A stretch of 37,004 nt of DNA from Chiloscyllium plagiosum (Eukaryota): contig NC_057720.1 in assembly GCF_004010195.1 (NCBI RefSeq), positions 25,499,611-25,536,614 on the forward strand, given 5' to 3'. Position 1 is the stretch's first letter. Each line of letters starts with the position of its first letter. The translations under genes and the position numbers were made by a program. This document shows positions 11,923-22,779 of the stretch, piece by piece. Below the pieces are notes generated by a model that was given only the letters and a program-made list of their open reading frames with translations, was not told the DNA's origin and did not search any database.

Positions 11923-12164
11923 TCTGTGGATGGCTACCTTGACATAGTGGAGAGACTTGTGCAACTTGAGGCCCAAGAAGACTTTAATGACAGAACTTCG
12001 AAAAGGAAGACTGTCTTTTTCATATTGTCTACTGTCAAGGTATTCTCAAGCATGGACACCTCACTGAAATCTGACCATCAGCACATTGTGGGGACAGTGG
12101 TAGTGACTCAATTTTCCTCAAGTTGAATTAAATCATATGCATAGGTTTCCACTAGAGTTTTCAA

Positions 12165-12275
12165 TGGGGTTCTTGTAATAGTATCCTTACCTCTGAGCCA
12201 GGATGCCCAGGTTCAAGTCCCACCTGGTCGAGAGGTGTGTGATGACATTGCTGAGTGGGTTGTTTGAAAATATCC
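12165..12275 (+). mobile_element. Short tRNA-derived SINE, family C
   Basis: TACCTCTGAGCCAGGA..CCAGGTTCAAGTCCCACCTG..GAGGTGTGT..GAAAATATC, with box B GGTTCAAGTCC. Confidence 0.6.
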
Positions 12276-12879
12276 ACCAGAGGTTTTGGCACTTCCCTTT
12301 TCCCGAATGCCAGCCAGGAGGACCAGACGTTTGGTGTCACTGAGGTTACCGCTCTACCTCTGTGGCTGATTCCAAATACTGAGTCCATCTTCGAGCACCT
12401 CTTCAGCAGGATGTTCTTTAATGTGTCAATCACCTTCTTTCTCCCCTGCTACTTTCCCAACCTGCTGCTACTGAAATGTTTGCTTTAGAGAGGTTTTGAA
12501 ATGAAGAGAGGCAGCTGGGGAGGCATTGAGGATTATGGAGGGAATTCTGGAGCTTTGGAGAGCTTTGCAGCTGAAGGCATTGAGCAATGAACTTTAGAGT
12601 TGCTGAACAAGTCTGAATTGGGGAAGCTTAGCCACCTTGGAGAAGATTACAGAAATGGGAAGTGATAGTAAAATGAAAGATTTGGGAATGATAAGAATTT
12701 TAAAATCAAGGAATTGCCAGACTGGATGTCAATATAGGAGAGTCAATATAGGAGAGTGAAAATGAAGGCGGAGGAGGTGGGTGATAGGAAAAAAGACTTT
12801 ATTGCAAGATTGAATAATGGCATATGACAGCCAAATCTGTACTCATGCACAACGTTTGACAGAGAAGGTTAACCAATGG

Positions 12880-13420
12880 GTTCGGTCCACATTTCCGAAT
12901 ATCACGAGGGTCAGGGCACGTTTTGTTCCCACATCAAATTTGAATTCAAATTGTCCACACACTGTACCACATGGACTCATTCACTCATTGCAGCTAAGGT
13001 TGTCAGGCTTTTGACTTCTGTACACCAACTGAATTTCATGCTGTCAGCGAGGACATCTGCCACATATGGTGAGCGCTCATGAATCAAGCGAGTCGTAGAT
13101 TTATTGTTCTGTAAAAGAAGCAATTACACCTGCTTTCCCCATGGACAGTGGATACCATCATGACAAAGCACTGCAATTTCACTGAGTGACAGGATTTGCC
13201 AGGTAGCTTTGTGACAACACATGCTTCCTTCACCATTGGCCAGATGTACATCAACAAGAAACATTACTCTCGCATTTGTAATCAGCAGAACACTAACATG
13301 CAGATGAACATCGACTTCACTGGCACAGTGTCATCATTTTTAAGATTCTACAGTGCCAGCATTTTTAACACAGAAAGCTCTCTTAGAGGTAAAGGCTTCA
13401 TTCAACCAGTTTTCTAAGAG
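12880..13420 (+). pseudogene. Highly degraded PIF/Harbinger (HARBI1-like) transposase fossil
   Basis: Across frameshifts: AAKVVRLL..FHAVSEDICHI..VVDLLFCKRSNY..FP, VTGFAR, YINKKHYS, ICNQQ..MQMN..G..H, LRGKGF. These occur in the same order as the Harbinger motifs F..GD..GIS, GFP, YINRKG.HS, VCD, PGS.HD, LGDKGY. Confidence 0.55.
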
Positions 13421-13481
13421 CATACCTTGACAGTCCATTCATTCTGTAAAGACATCAGATCACCATTGGACTATATCATAG

Positions 13482-14172
13482 TGTTATAAGGTGTAGAGAT
13501 GTATTGTGCCTTTAAAAGAGTTGAAGGAGTGAGCAAGCACACAGAGTGCTGGAGAATTTATAATGTAACATTTGATCCTGCACTTGGAGACAAAAACACC
13601 TCAAGTTTGGCCAATGAGTTTAAATTATGCCCCAAAATACTAAACTCCACTCAAGTTTGAATTTGGTATTTGACGATGTGAAGACCAATGAAATGATCCA
13701 ATGCTTTGGTGTATAAACATTAAACAAGTTGAATGGTTGGAGGAGAACTGCCAAGCCACCAATATCTGCAGACTGCCAGTAGAATAGCTCTTTTAAAGGT
13801 ACCTTTGTCCATCAATGACCAGTGAAACAAAATCCCTAAGAAGAAGAAAAGAAGACAGAGGAAGATACAAAGAGAAGATTCGACAGGTGGCTAGTTTTGA
13901 AATTTGAATTCTTTGGTAAATCTTAATTGAGTGTTTTATCCGACTAGTATTGTAGAGGGGGTGGTAAAAGATAGGTTAGGGAAAGAATTTGTAAATAATT
14001 GTTAATTCATTCTTCTCTGTTGGACTTTAAAAAATAAAGTTGTTAATTTTTACTTTAAATAGTGACTTGCGGGAATAGCTCATTGTCTCTCGAATTTCAC
14101 AGATTACAGCCCTGGATGAATATTGTCTGTGTGTTGGGTTTAAATTACAGGGGGGTACCCTTCATCATAACA
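13482..14172 (+). repeat. 5' LTR
   Basis: Starts TGTTAT, ends ATAACA. TATAAA at about 13712, AATAAA at about 14033. Direct repeat of 18299-19018. Confidence 0.93.
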
Positions 14173-14175
14173 GTT

Positions 14176-14201
14176 TGGGGGCTTTTGTCTGAGATTTGAA
14201 C
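14176..14201 (+). promoter_or_regulatory. Primer-binding site complementary to the tRNA-Pro 3' end (degenerate)
   Basis: TGGGGGCTTTTGTCTGAGATTTGAAC, 3 nt after the LTR, versus the tRNA-Pro complement TGGGGGCTCGTCCGGGATTTGAAC. Confidence 0.8.
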
Positions 14202-14355
14202 TGGCTTAGACAGATTTGCATAGATTTGGGGTACAAAAAGTTCCAGCAGATTTAAACACTTGCAGGTTAGTGTCCTAGATGTTTAAATGAAACATAGGTG
14301 AGACAATTGGTTTAGTTTTGGTGACTTGTGGTTGTTTAAATTAAAAGTGAGGGAA

Positions 14356-15470
14356 ATGGCTCTTAAAATTGCTAAAGAGGTTCTGGGATTCTCAAATTTG
14401 CCAAGAAAGTTTAGAAGGAAAGAAAAAGGCCATTCTTTTACAATTAGCAAATAAGTTAGATTTGGGTTTAAACAAGGACAAAAATAAAGCTGAAATTGTA
14501 AGGGAGTTACTCAAACCGTTAGATGTGTCAGAGAAACAGGCAAGTGCAGCAGAGGTAGAAAAACTTAAATTACAATTGAGGAAAATGAAGTTACAAGATT
14601 AACAAAGGGATGGAGAAGAAAGAGAGAGGGAGAGAGAAGGAAAGAGAGAAAGCGAGAGAGAGAGAAGGTTCTTAGTGGAGCAAAAAAGAGAATTTGAACT
14701 TGAGAAGTTGTGACTTAGTCAGCAAAGTCAAGTGAACAGGGTGGAGATTAAAAGAGAAGGTAGTGATATATACAAACATATCAAAACTGTGCCACATTTT
14801 GATGAGAAAGATGCTGAAGCCTTCTTTGTTTCATTTGGCTAGGCAGATGGAGCGGTCTGAGTATTTATGGGTAATGCTAGCTCACAGTAAACTGGTAGGC
14901 AGACCAAGTAAGGTATTTGCCGCGCTGCCAGCTGAGGGGACAAAAGAGATTGTGAAGAGATGAAACAGGCTATTTTATGTGCTTATGTATTGGTACCAGA
15001 AGCATACAGACAGTGGTTCAGAAGCAAAAAGAAGGAACCAGGTCAGACTTATGTTGCGTATGAAAGAATTAAACATAGTCATTTTGATAGATTGGTGTGT
15101 GTTTTAAAAATAGATAAGACCTTTGAAACTCTATGAGAGATTATTCTGCTGGAGGAGTTTAAAAACTCACTTCCGGAGATGGTAAGAATTCATGCGGAGG
15201 AACAGAAAGTTCAGGAAGTGAGAAGAGCAGCAGAATTAGCAGATGAATACATGTTGCTGCATAAGACAAGCTTCCGGCCAGAATTTTATCCTGTGAGGGA
15301 CAGAAGTGGGGAGAAGGGGAGATCCTACATTACGAAAAGAAGAATAGAGAATACTGGTAAGAGTTTACGACAGGTTAAAAAAGAAGAGTGGAAAGGATGT
15401 GAAAGGTCTCAGGTGTTTCCACTGTGGTAAAGTGGGACATGTAAAGTCACAGTGCTGGTCATTAAAGAAA
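14356..15470 (+). pseudogene. gag: gag (SCAN-like capsid domain and CX2CX4HX4C zinc knuckle), multiple stops and frameshifts
   Basis: ATG at 14356. VPHFDEKDAEAFF, LVPEAYRQWFR, EIILLEEFKNSLP..RAAELADEY, CFHCGKVGHVKSQC. Confidence 0.88.
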
Positions 15471-15629
15471 GGCACTGTGGGAAAAGATGTGGTAAAAGAA
15501 GCTAAGCCAGTGGTATTAATGAAGGTAGTAAAGGAGACCCCAAAAAGAGCCGAGGAGCTGCAGGAGAGTGCACAGCCTACGCAGGGGCTGGGTATGAAGT
15601 TAGTAACTGACCTCTACAAAGAATTTGCC

Positions 15630-18097
15630 TCCATGGGTAAAGTTTACTCCGAAAGAACTGGGAGAGAAGGACAAGCGATTATAATTTTGAGTGATACAGG
15701 ATCTAACCAGTCGCTGATAGTGAGAGATGAATGAATATGCGCTCTTTCTGATCTGTTACCTGAGAGTGTGGTAATTTGTGGGATAGATGGACAGAAACCT
15801 AGCATTCCCCTACGTAAGATCAGGTTGGAGTGCCAACTGAAGACTGGGGAAGTTACAGTGAGAATGATTGACACAGTGTCAGTCCCAAGAATTCAGTTTG
15901 TTCTTGGGAATGATTTGGCAGGATCCAAAGCGGGAGTGACACCCCTTGTTGTGGAGAAGCCCAAGGAAGACCAAGAAACTGAGGAGTTAAAACAGAAATA
16001 TCCTGGTATTTTCCCAGACTGTGTGGTAACCAGATCCCACTATCATAAATCACGGCACAAAGCGAAAAGTAAAGAGAAAGATGAAGGAGTTGTGGTTCAG
16101 TAAGTGGACACCCTGTTTGACATAATGGTGCAGGAAAAACCTGAACAGGCAGAAGATCAGACAGAAGTGTTTAGTCCTGAAAGGCTAAGGGACTTGCAAA
16201 AGCAAGACAAGACAATAAAAGATATATAGGTGGATGTGTACTCCAAAAAGGAGGCAGAGAATATTCCATAGGGTTATTATCTGAAAGCTAGAATCCTAAG
16301 ATGGAAATGGAGGCCATGGCAGGTTAGTGCAGAGGAGAAATGGGTAGCATTCAGACAGGAGGTGTTATGGGTAGCACATGAACTATCTGTAGGAGGTCCC
16401 CTTGGAATATGAAAGACTCAGGCTAAAGTACAAAACCAATTTTATTGGCCTGGAATACATAAGGATGTGGTTAACTTTTGCCGTTGGTCCATACGTGCCA
16501 AATGGTAGGTAAGCCACAGGCGGTAATAAAACCAACACCTTTGTTGCCAATTCCGCATTTGAAGAACCTTTCACATGGGTTATAAATGAGTGTATAAGTC
16601 CCCTCCAGAGAACTAGGAGAGAGAAAGAACTGGAGAAACAGGTGTTAGTTACTGCCCCTCAGAGTAAGGAATCAAATCCAGATGATGTGGATTTTGATGT
16701 GCCTCAAAATAGATTTAAAAATGAAGAAGTCCTTGAGGTGTGGGAATAGGTGAGTAAGCTATCTATCTCAGGAGCATAGAACGCAGTTGAAAGATTTGTT
16801 ACTACAGTATAAGGACATACGTAAGAATCAGATGGGGAAGACAAATGCTATTGTACGTGAAGTAAACGTTGAGAATACGGCTCCGATAAAACAACACCCC
16901 TATTCAAAGCCAGACAGGTCCAGAAGAAGGTGGAGGTCATGCTCAACAAAGATATCATCGAACCAAGCCAGAGCGAGTGGAGTTCGCAGATTGTCTTAGT
17001 TCCCAAACTGGATGGGACTCAATGATTCTGCGTGAATTATTGGAAGGTCAATGCCGTTATGAGATAGGACTCATATCCAATTCTGAGAAAATTGGACAAG
17101 CCAGTTACATCACCAAGCTGGAATTACTGCGTGGTTACTGGCAGGTACCTTTATCAGAGACGGCGAAAAAATTTCTGCTTTTGTTACCCCAAATAGACTA
17201 TATCAGTTTAAAGTGATGCCCTTTGGAATGAAGAACGCACCCGCCACATTCCGATGACTCAAGAACAGAGTTGTTTCTGGGTTAACAAATTGTGAAGTCT
17301 ATCTGGATGATGTAGTGATCTTTAGTAAGTCCTGGAAAGATCACATGGTACAGTTGGCAGAGCTCTTTGAACGACTACGAGAAACAAAACTGGTGATAAA
17401 TAAAACTGAATTTGCGAAAGCAGAGGTGATATTCTTGGGATATAACATTGGTCTTGGAAGGTTGACTCCACGGAACACAAAGATGAAGGCCATCGAGGAA
17501 TTTCCATGATCAACCTCGAAGAAAGAAGTGCTTTGATTCTTAGGACTTAACAGATTCTATTGGAAGTTTGTTCCAAACTTCAGCAGTGTAATGGCACCGT
17601 CAACCGATTTGCTGAAGGAGAACCCAAAGTTTCGGTGGACAGAACAATACCAGGAAGCATTCGACCATTTGAAAGCAATATTAGCCACCAAACCAGTTTT
17701 AGCTACACCAAACTTTTCAAAACCTTTTAAGGTCACCATCGATGCTAGTGACATAGAGGTTGGAGCTGTACTGTTACAGGAAAACGAGGATGGGTTTGAA
17801 CTGCCAGTGGATTAATTCTCAAAGAAACTCAACCTCCACCAGAGGAAATACTCCACAATCAAAAAATAACTATTGAGTTTGGTACTGGCCTTACAACATT
17901 TTAATGTGTGTGTCATGAACAATGTGTCAGAGACAGTTATGTCCATGGATTGCAATCCTCTTACATTCTTAGAACGCTTTAAAGGCAGGAAAATGAGACT
18001 AATTCTTTGGAGTCTTATGTTACAGACTTGTAATTTAAAAATCATACATATAATGGTTCGTAAGAATATAATCGCAGGTGCGTTATCATTGATTTAA
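15630..18097 (+). pseudogene. pol: pol: protease, integrase zinc-binding N-terminus, RT, RNase H; disrupted
   Basis: ILSDTGSNQSLI (protease, about 15690). AHELSVGGPLGI*KT..FYWPGIHKDVVNFCR..TCQ (IN HHCC region, about 16350-16510). WSSQIVLVPK, GYWQVPL, MPFGMKNAPATF, YLDD at 17300-17311. PFKVTIDASD..GAVLLQ (RNase H). Confidence 0.92.
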
Positions 18098-18288
18098 CTG
18101 ATAAAGTTTGGATGAGATTTGTATTTATTTAATGCTTTTATATATATATATATATGCACACACATACAGGTATATGGGAAGAAGTTAAGGTGAACTTATA
18201 GTAAAGTTGTCTGTATGTTAGGGTAATGTGTTTAAAGAATAGGACAAAAAAAAGCCATCTTTTCATTATGATGATTCATTTTTTTCTT

Positions 18289-18298
18289 AAGGGGCAAG
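18289..18298 (+). promoter_or_regulatory. Polypurine tract
   Basis: AAGGGGCAAG immediately before the 3' LTR. Confidence 0.65.
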
Positions 18299-19018
18299 CA
18301 TTATGAAGGTGTAGGTGTACTGTACCTTTTAGAGAGTTGAAGGACTTAGCAAGCACACAGAGTGCTGGAGAATTTACAATGTAACACTTGATCCACCAGC
18401 TAGAGTACCTGGATTTCTTAATGAGACAAAAGCACATTTAACTTTGGCAAGTCACTTCAAATTATGCCCAAAATACAAAACTCCAATCAAGTTTGAACTT
18501 GGTATTTTGACAATATTAAGACCAATGAAACAACCTGATGCTTTAGTGTATAAATATTAAACAAATTGAACGATTGGAGGAGAACTGCCAAGTCACCAAC
18601 ATCTGCAGACTGCCACTCGAATATCTCTCTTAAAGGTATCTTTATCCATCAATGACCTGTGATACAAAATCCCTAAGAAGAAGAAAAGAAGGCAGATGAA
18701 GATACAAAGAGAAGATTCGACAGCTGGCTGGTTTGGAAATTTGAATTTTTTGTTAAAACTTAATTGGGGTTTTTATCAGACTAGTATTGTAGAGGGGTGG
18801 TAAAAAGATAGGTTTGAGAAAGAAGTTGTAAATAATTGTTAATTAATTATTCTCTGTTAGACTTCAATAAATAAAGTTGTTAATTTTTACTTTACATAGT
18901 GACTTTCGGGAATGGCTCCTTGCCTCTTGAATTTCACAGACTACAGCATGAGGCGAATCTTTTCTGTGTGTCGGGTTTAAATTAGTGGGGGGGGGGGGGT
19001 TTACCTCATGTCATAACA
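18299..19018 (+). repeat. 3' LTR
   Basis: Colinear with the 5' LTR (e.g. AAGCACACAGAGTGCTGGAGAATTTA, AAATCCCTAAGAAGAAGAAAAGAAG). Starts CATTATG (TG mutated), ends ATAACA. Confidence 0.93.
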
Positions 19019-19254
19019 ACAAAACATTAAAGGTGTAAAGGTGCCCACTGGAATTCACCCACTCTGCCATATTGTGAAGTGTGGATCAATGTAAGTGAAA
19101 AGCATGGTTTATGTGATGCCTTACCTTGATTGTAACAGTAGCGTTGTTAATTGTTAGCTTTCTGGCACCAAATTGTGCCATGTTTGAGGTGGGCATGTTC
19201 ATACTGACCGACCTGGGCATTTCCTGCCACTTGTGGTGGCTTTAATAATATCGT

Positions 19255-20200
19255 AAGATCTCAAGAGATAGGAGGAACTGGGCATGTGGCCCATCAAGAC
19301 GTTAAATGAGTTTACAACTGATTTGATTGTGGCTTTAATATCACTTTTTTGTCTGCTCCCCACACTCCTTGGCTACACTTGCAGATCAAAGATCTGTCTA
19401 TCTCAGCTTCAAATATATTTCAATGGCCTAATCTCCCCTGTTCTCTGTGGAAGTGAATTGCAAAGAATAATGACCCTTTGAGATAAGTGAATCCTTAAGT
19501 GAGTGGCCCCTTATTTGAAATGTACCTCTTGTTCTAGACTCCCCGTAACAACATTTAAAAGGCATCTGGTTGGATATATGAATAAGAAAGGTTGGATATG
19601 GGCCAAATGCTGTCAAATGTGACTAGATTAATTTAGGATATCTGCTTGGCATGGGCGAGTTGGACCAAAAAATCTGTTTCCATGCTGTACAGCTCTGTGA
19701 CTCTATAACAAGAAATATTCTCTCAGCATTGTCTATGTTTCAGTGCAGAGGTCCATCTAAATGCCAGTGAGTGTAGTCTCAACATGCTCAAGCTTTCCTC
19801 ATAAAACAAGCACTTCAATCAGGAATCAGTCCAGTGACACTTCTCTAAACCGCTTCCAATGCAAGTATATCCCTCCTTAAGTAAGAGACAAAACTAGACT
19901 CAGTAGATGGTTCTGTTTTTTCAAAACTTCTCTACTTTTATACTCCAGCTTCCTTGTATCGAAGGCAAAGATTCCTTTTTCCATTCTAATCCCTTGCTAT
20001 ATTCCTTCTTGTGACTCATGTAGTAAGGACACCCAGGTCCCTCTGTACCAAAGCATTCTTCAGGCTCTCTCAATTTAAATAATATTCTGCTTTTTGATTC
20101 TTTCTACCAAAGTGAACAACCTCAAAATTTTCCCATATTGTACTCTTTCTGCCAATTTTTTGCCAGTTGACTCAACGTATCAATGTCCCATTTGCAGGCA
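19255..20200 (-). mobile_element. Old CR1-group LINE 3' fragment, interrupted by a CR1 tail
   Basis: Reverse-strand ORF2 C-terminal and 3' UTR remnants (AAGCGGTTTAGAGAAGTGTCACTGGACTGATTCCTG; GGGAGTCTAGAACAAGAGG). Confidence 0.7.
19547..19706 (+). mobile_element. CR1/HER1 3' UTR fragment
   Basis: ACATTTAAAAGGCATCTGG...CTGTTTCCATGCTGTAC..CTCT.TGACTCTAT, matching 8420-8584. Confidence 0.85.
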
Positions 20201-20544
20201 CTTTGGGTTGAATCTTACCAGAAAACAGATAAGTATCATTTTTGATGAGTTTCATGGATGGTTCTCTTGTGCTATCATCCCAAACTTGCCTCATTACCTT
20301 TGTGTTGCCCCTTTGGTCCCCCAATCATCATAATCGCACACTCACTGCAAAAAGAAGTAGTTGTCACTGCAGGGAAATCCTGGGTTCCCTAGCACCAGTG
20401 CCATCTTGAAGCTAAGACATGCATCCAGTCAGCATTGGCAATTCAAAGTTGCCCTGCACCCTGCAGGTTGTGGGAGAGCAACCACAAGCCGACACGTCCC
20501 AGAGCACATAGGGGGCACACCTGACAGTTCATTACACAGATTGT

Positions 20545-20854
20545 TAGTGGTTAGCACTGCTGCCTCACAGCGCCAGGGATCCTGGTTCAATTCCCGCCTT
20601 AGGCAATTGCCTGTGTGGAGTTTGCACATTCGCCCTGTGTCTGCGTGGGTTTTCTCCGGGTGCTCCGGTTTCCTCCCACAGTCCAAAGATGTGCAGGTCA
20701 GGTGAATTTGCCATGCTAAATTGCCTGTAGTGTTAGGTGAAAGGGTAAATTTAGGGGAATGGGTCTGGGTGGGTTGCTCTTCAGACAGTCGGTGTGGACT
20801 TGTTGGGTCGAAGGGTCTGTTTCCACATTGTAAGTAATCTAATCTAATCTAATC
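20545..20854 (+). mobile_element. HE1-type V-SINE
   Basis: AGTGGTTAGCACTGCTGCCTCACAGCGCCAGGGA, V-domain, tail (TAATC)n. Confidence 0.92.
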
Positions 20855-21281
20855 ATATCAGTGCCCAGTTTCACAGCTGCAGCTGCTTAAGCCCCAAGCC
20901 ATTCGATTTACATGCTCTTCGCTTCGTTTCATCTTGAAGCCCTCTCAAAGTCAGTGCTACTCTTTTCCCAGTGCCCAGGGTGGCCTATCACTGTTCAATG
21001 TCAGATCATCACATACTGCTAAAGCTTCAAATGGTCCAAAACATTCCCTTTTATTCAGCAATAGTAGAAGCAAACAGTAGACAAATGGAATCTGCATCTG
21101 CCTCTCAGAACAGAAATGGACTGCTTGCCTTTCAAGCTGCATCAATTCACAGTAACTGAGTGATCAGTGCACCCAGCTCATGTCAACTGGAACCAAGTGT
21201 CAGTCAAGTTCTGTCTAGCTTGTCACACCTGACACCTTGCATTGCTTTATCATGCTGAAGATGATATGCCACCTGCTCATA

Positions 21282-21600
21282 GGGGAGACAACGGCCTAAT
21301 GATATTATTGCTGGACTGTTAATCCAGGTAATGTTCTGGGTTCAAATCCCCGCCACAGCCGATGGTGGAATTTTAATTCAATTAAAAAGAAATCTGGAAT
21401 TAAGAGTCTAATGCTAACCATAAATTGATTTTTGGAAAAACACATTTTGTTCGCCAATGTCGTTTAAGGAAGGAAACTGCCATCCTTACTTGGTCTGGCC
21501 GAAGTATGACTCCAGACCCACACCAATGTGCTTTACTCTTAACCTTAAGGGATGGGCTGGCCAAGCCAGTGTTGCCCTTATCTTGTGTATGAGTAAAATG
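21282..21600 (+). mobile_element. tRNA-derived SINE, family B
   Basis: GGTTCAAATCC, GATGGTGGAATT..AATCTGGAATTAAGAGTCT, GGAAGGAAACTGCCATCCTTAC. Confidence 0.82.
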
Positions 21601-21659
21601 AGCTCATCTTCCACATCAGAAGACTACTCCAGCTCTCCCATCTCTTCTGCCTCCATCCT

Positions 21660-21850
21660 AAGAACATAAGAACTGGAAGCATGGTTAGGCAAGTCAGCCC
21701 CTCCAGCTTGTTCTGCCAATTAACACAACCATGGCTGATTCCATTTCAGCCTCAACTGCAATTTCTTGCCCATTCTCCACAACTCTTTAACACATTACTA
21801 ATTTTAAAAACCTGTGTGTTTCTTCCTTAAATTTACGCAACGTTCATGCA
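21660..21850 (-). mobile_element. CR1-group LINE 3' UTR fragment
   Basis: Begins TAAGAACATAAGAAC (reverse of a TTCTTATG tail), then AGCCCCTCCAGCTTGTTCTGCCA..CATGGCTGAT. Confidence 0.65.
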
Positions 21851-22458
21851 TTAACCAATCTGTAATGATATTGTCGAGATTGCTTGTGAGCAGGATTTGT
21901 ACCTGACACAGGTGGTCACTGCATGTGTTTCACATGCAGGATGTTATGAATGCAGATTACATCAACCTGTACTGTTGTACGTGCCTGATAAATACAATTG
22001 AAGGGCCTTACATCATTCACATGGAAAGCTCGTGTGCTCATAAGAAAAGAAATGAACTTTACTAACTCAAGCGTGGTCACAGCCATTTTCCACATGTTGT
22101 TTGTATTTTCAAATTGATTAAATGCAGAAGGCATTTCAGGTGCCTTTAGCATAATAAGGGTCTTGCTCAGTCTGGCAATGAAGGCCCTTATCCTCTGAAC
22201 GTCAATGCCGATTTCTTCCCACCGCTCTCTGGGTAGCCCTTCAGCACTGCACCTCTACCCGCTCCCACATAACCTGGAATTAATTCTGCATCACTCAACT
22301 TTATCCCTGGAGCCCCAGCTCTATAGCTTATGTTGCTCACCACCATGCTGCATAGTCCTTCTGTGGAGGCCATGGTAGTGATGACTGCTGATTAACAGCC
22401 TTCCCCTCTCACACCTCCCTCTCCCCGGCCTCCACACCTTCCCCCCCACAACTCCCAA

Positions 22459-22779
22459 GGCACGGTGGCTCAGTAGTTAGCACTGCTGTCTCACTGCACC
22501 GGAGTCCAGGTTCAATTCAAGCCTGTATGTATGGAGTTTGCACATGCTCACTGTGTCTGCCTGGATTTCCACTGGGTGCTGCAGTTTCCTCCCACAGTCC
22601 AATGATGTGCAGGTTAGTGGATTGGCCATGTTAAAATTGTCTATAGTGTCCAGGAACGTGTAGGCTAGGTGAGTTAGCCATGGCAAATATGGGGATAGAG
22701 TGGGATGGTCGTCAGAGAGTTGGTGCTGACTTGATGGGCTGAATAGCCTCTTTCCACACTGTAGGAATTCTATGATTCT
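22459..22779 (+). mobile_element. HE1-type V-SINE
   Basis: GGCACGGTGGCTCAGTAGTTAGCACTGCT head, V-domain, tail ATTCTATGATTCT. Confidence 0.9.

Larger units (their letters stand above)
13482..19018 (+). mobile_element. Gmr1-like Ty3/gypsy LTR retrotransposon, decayed, integrase core deleted
   Basis: Two LTRs of about 0.7 kb, PBS, PPT, gag with CCHC knuckle, then protease, integrase N-terminus, RT and RNase H in that order. Confidence 0.95.

Noticed and set aside
12161..12488. Opposing 90-aa and 77-aa ORFs
   Set aside because: Partly a SINE. The rest has no recognisable domain or convincing splice signals.
12728..12757. Tandem duplication GTCAATATAGGAGA x2 (similar short duplications at about 859-947, 1309-1333 and 1396-1456)
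   Set aside because: Ordinary slippage or repair duplications with no enclosed element.
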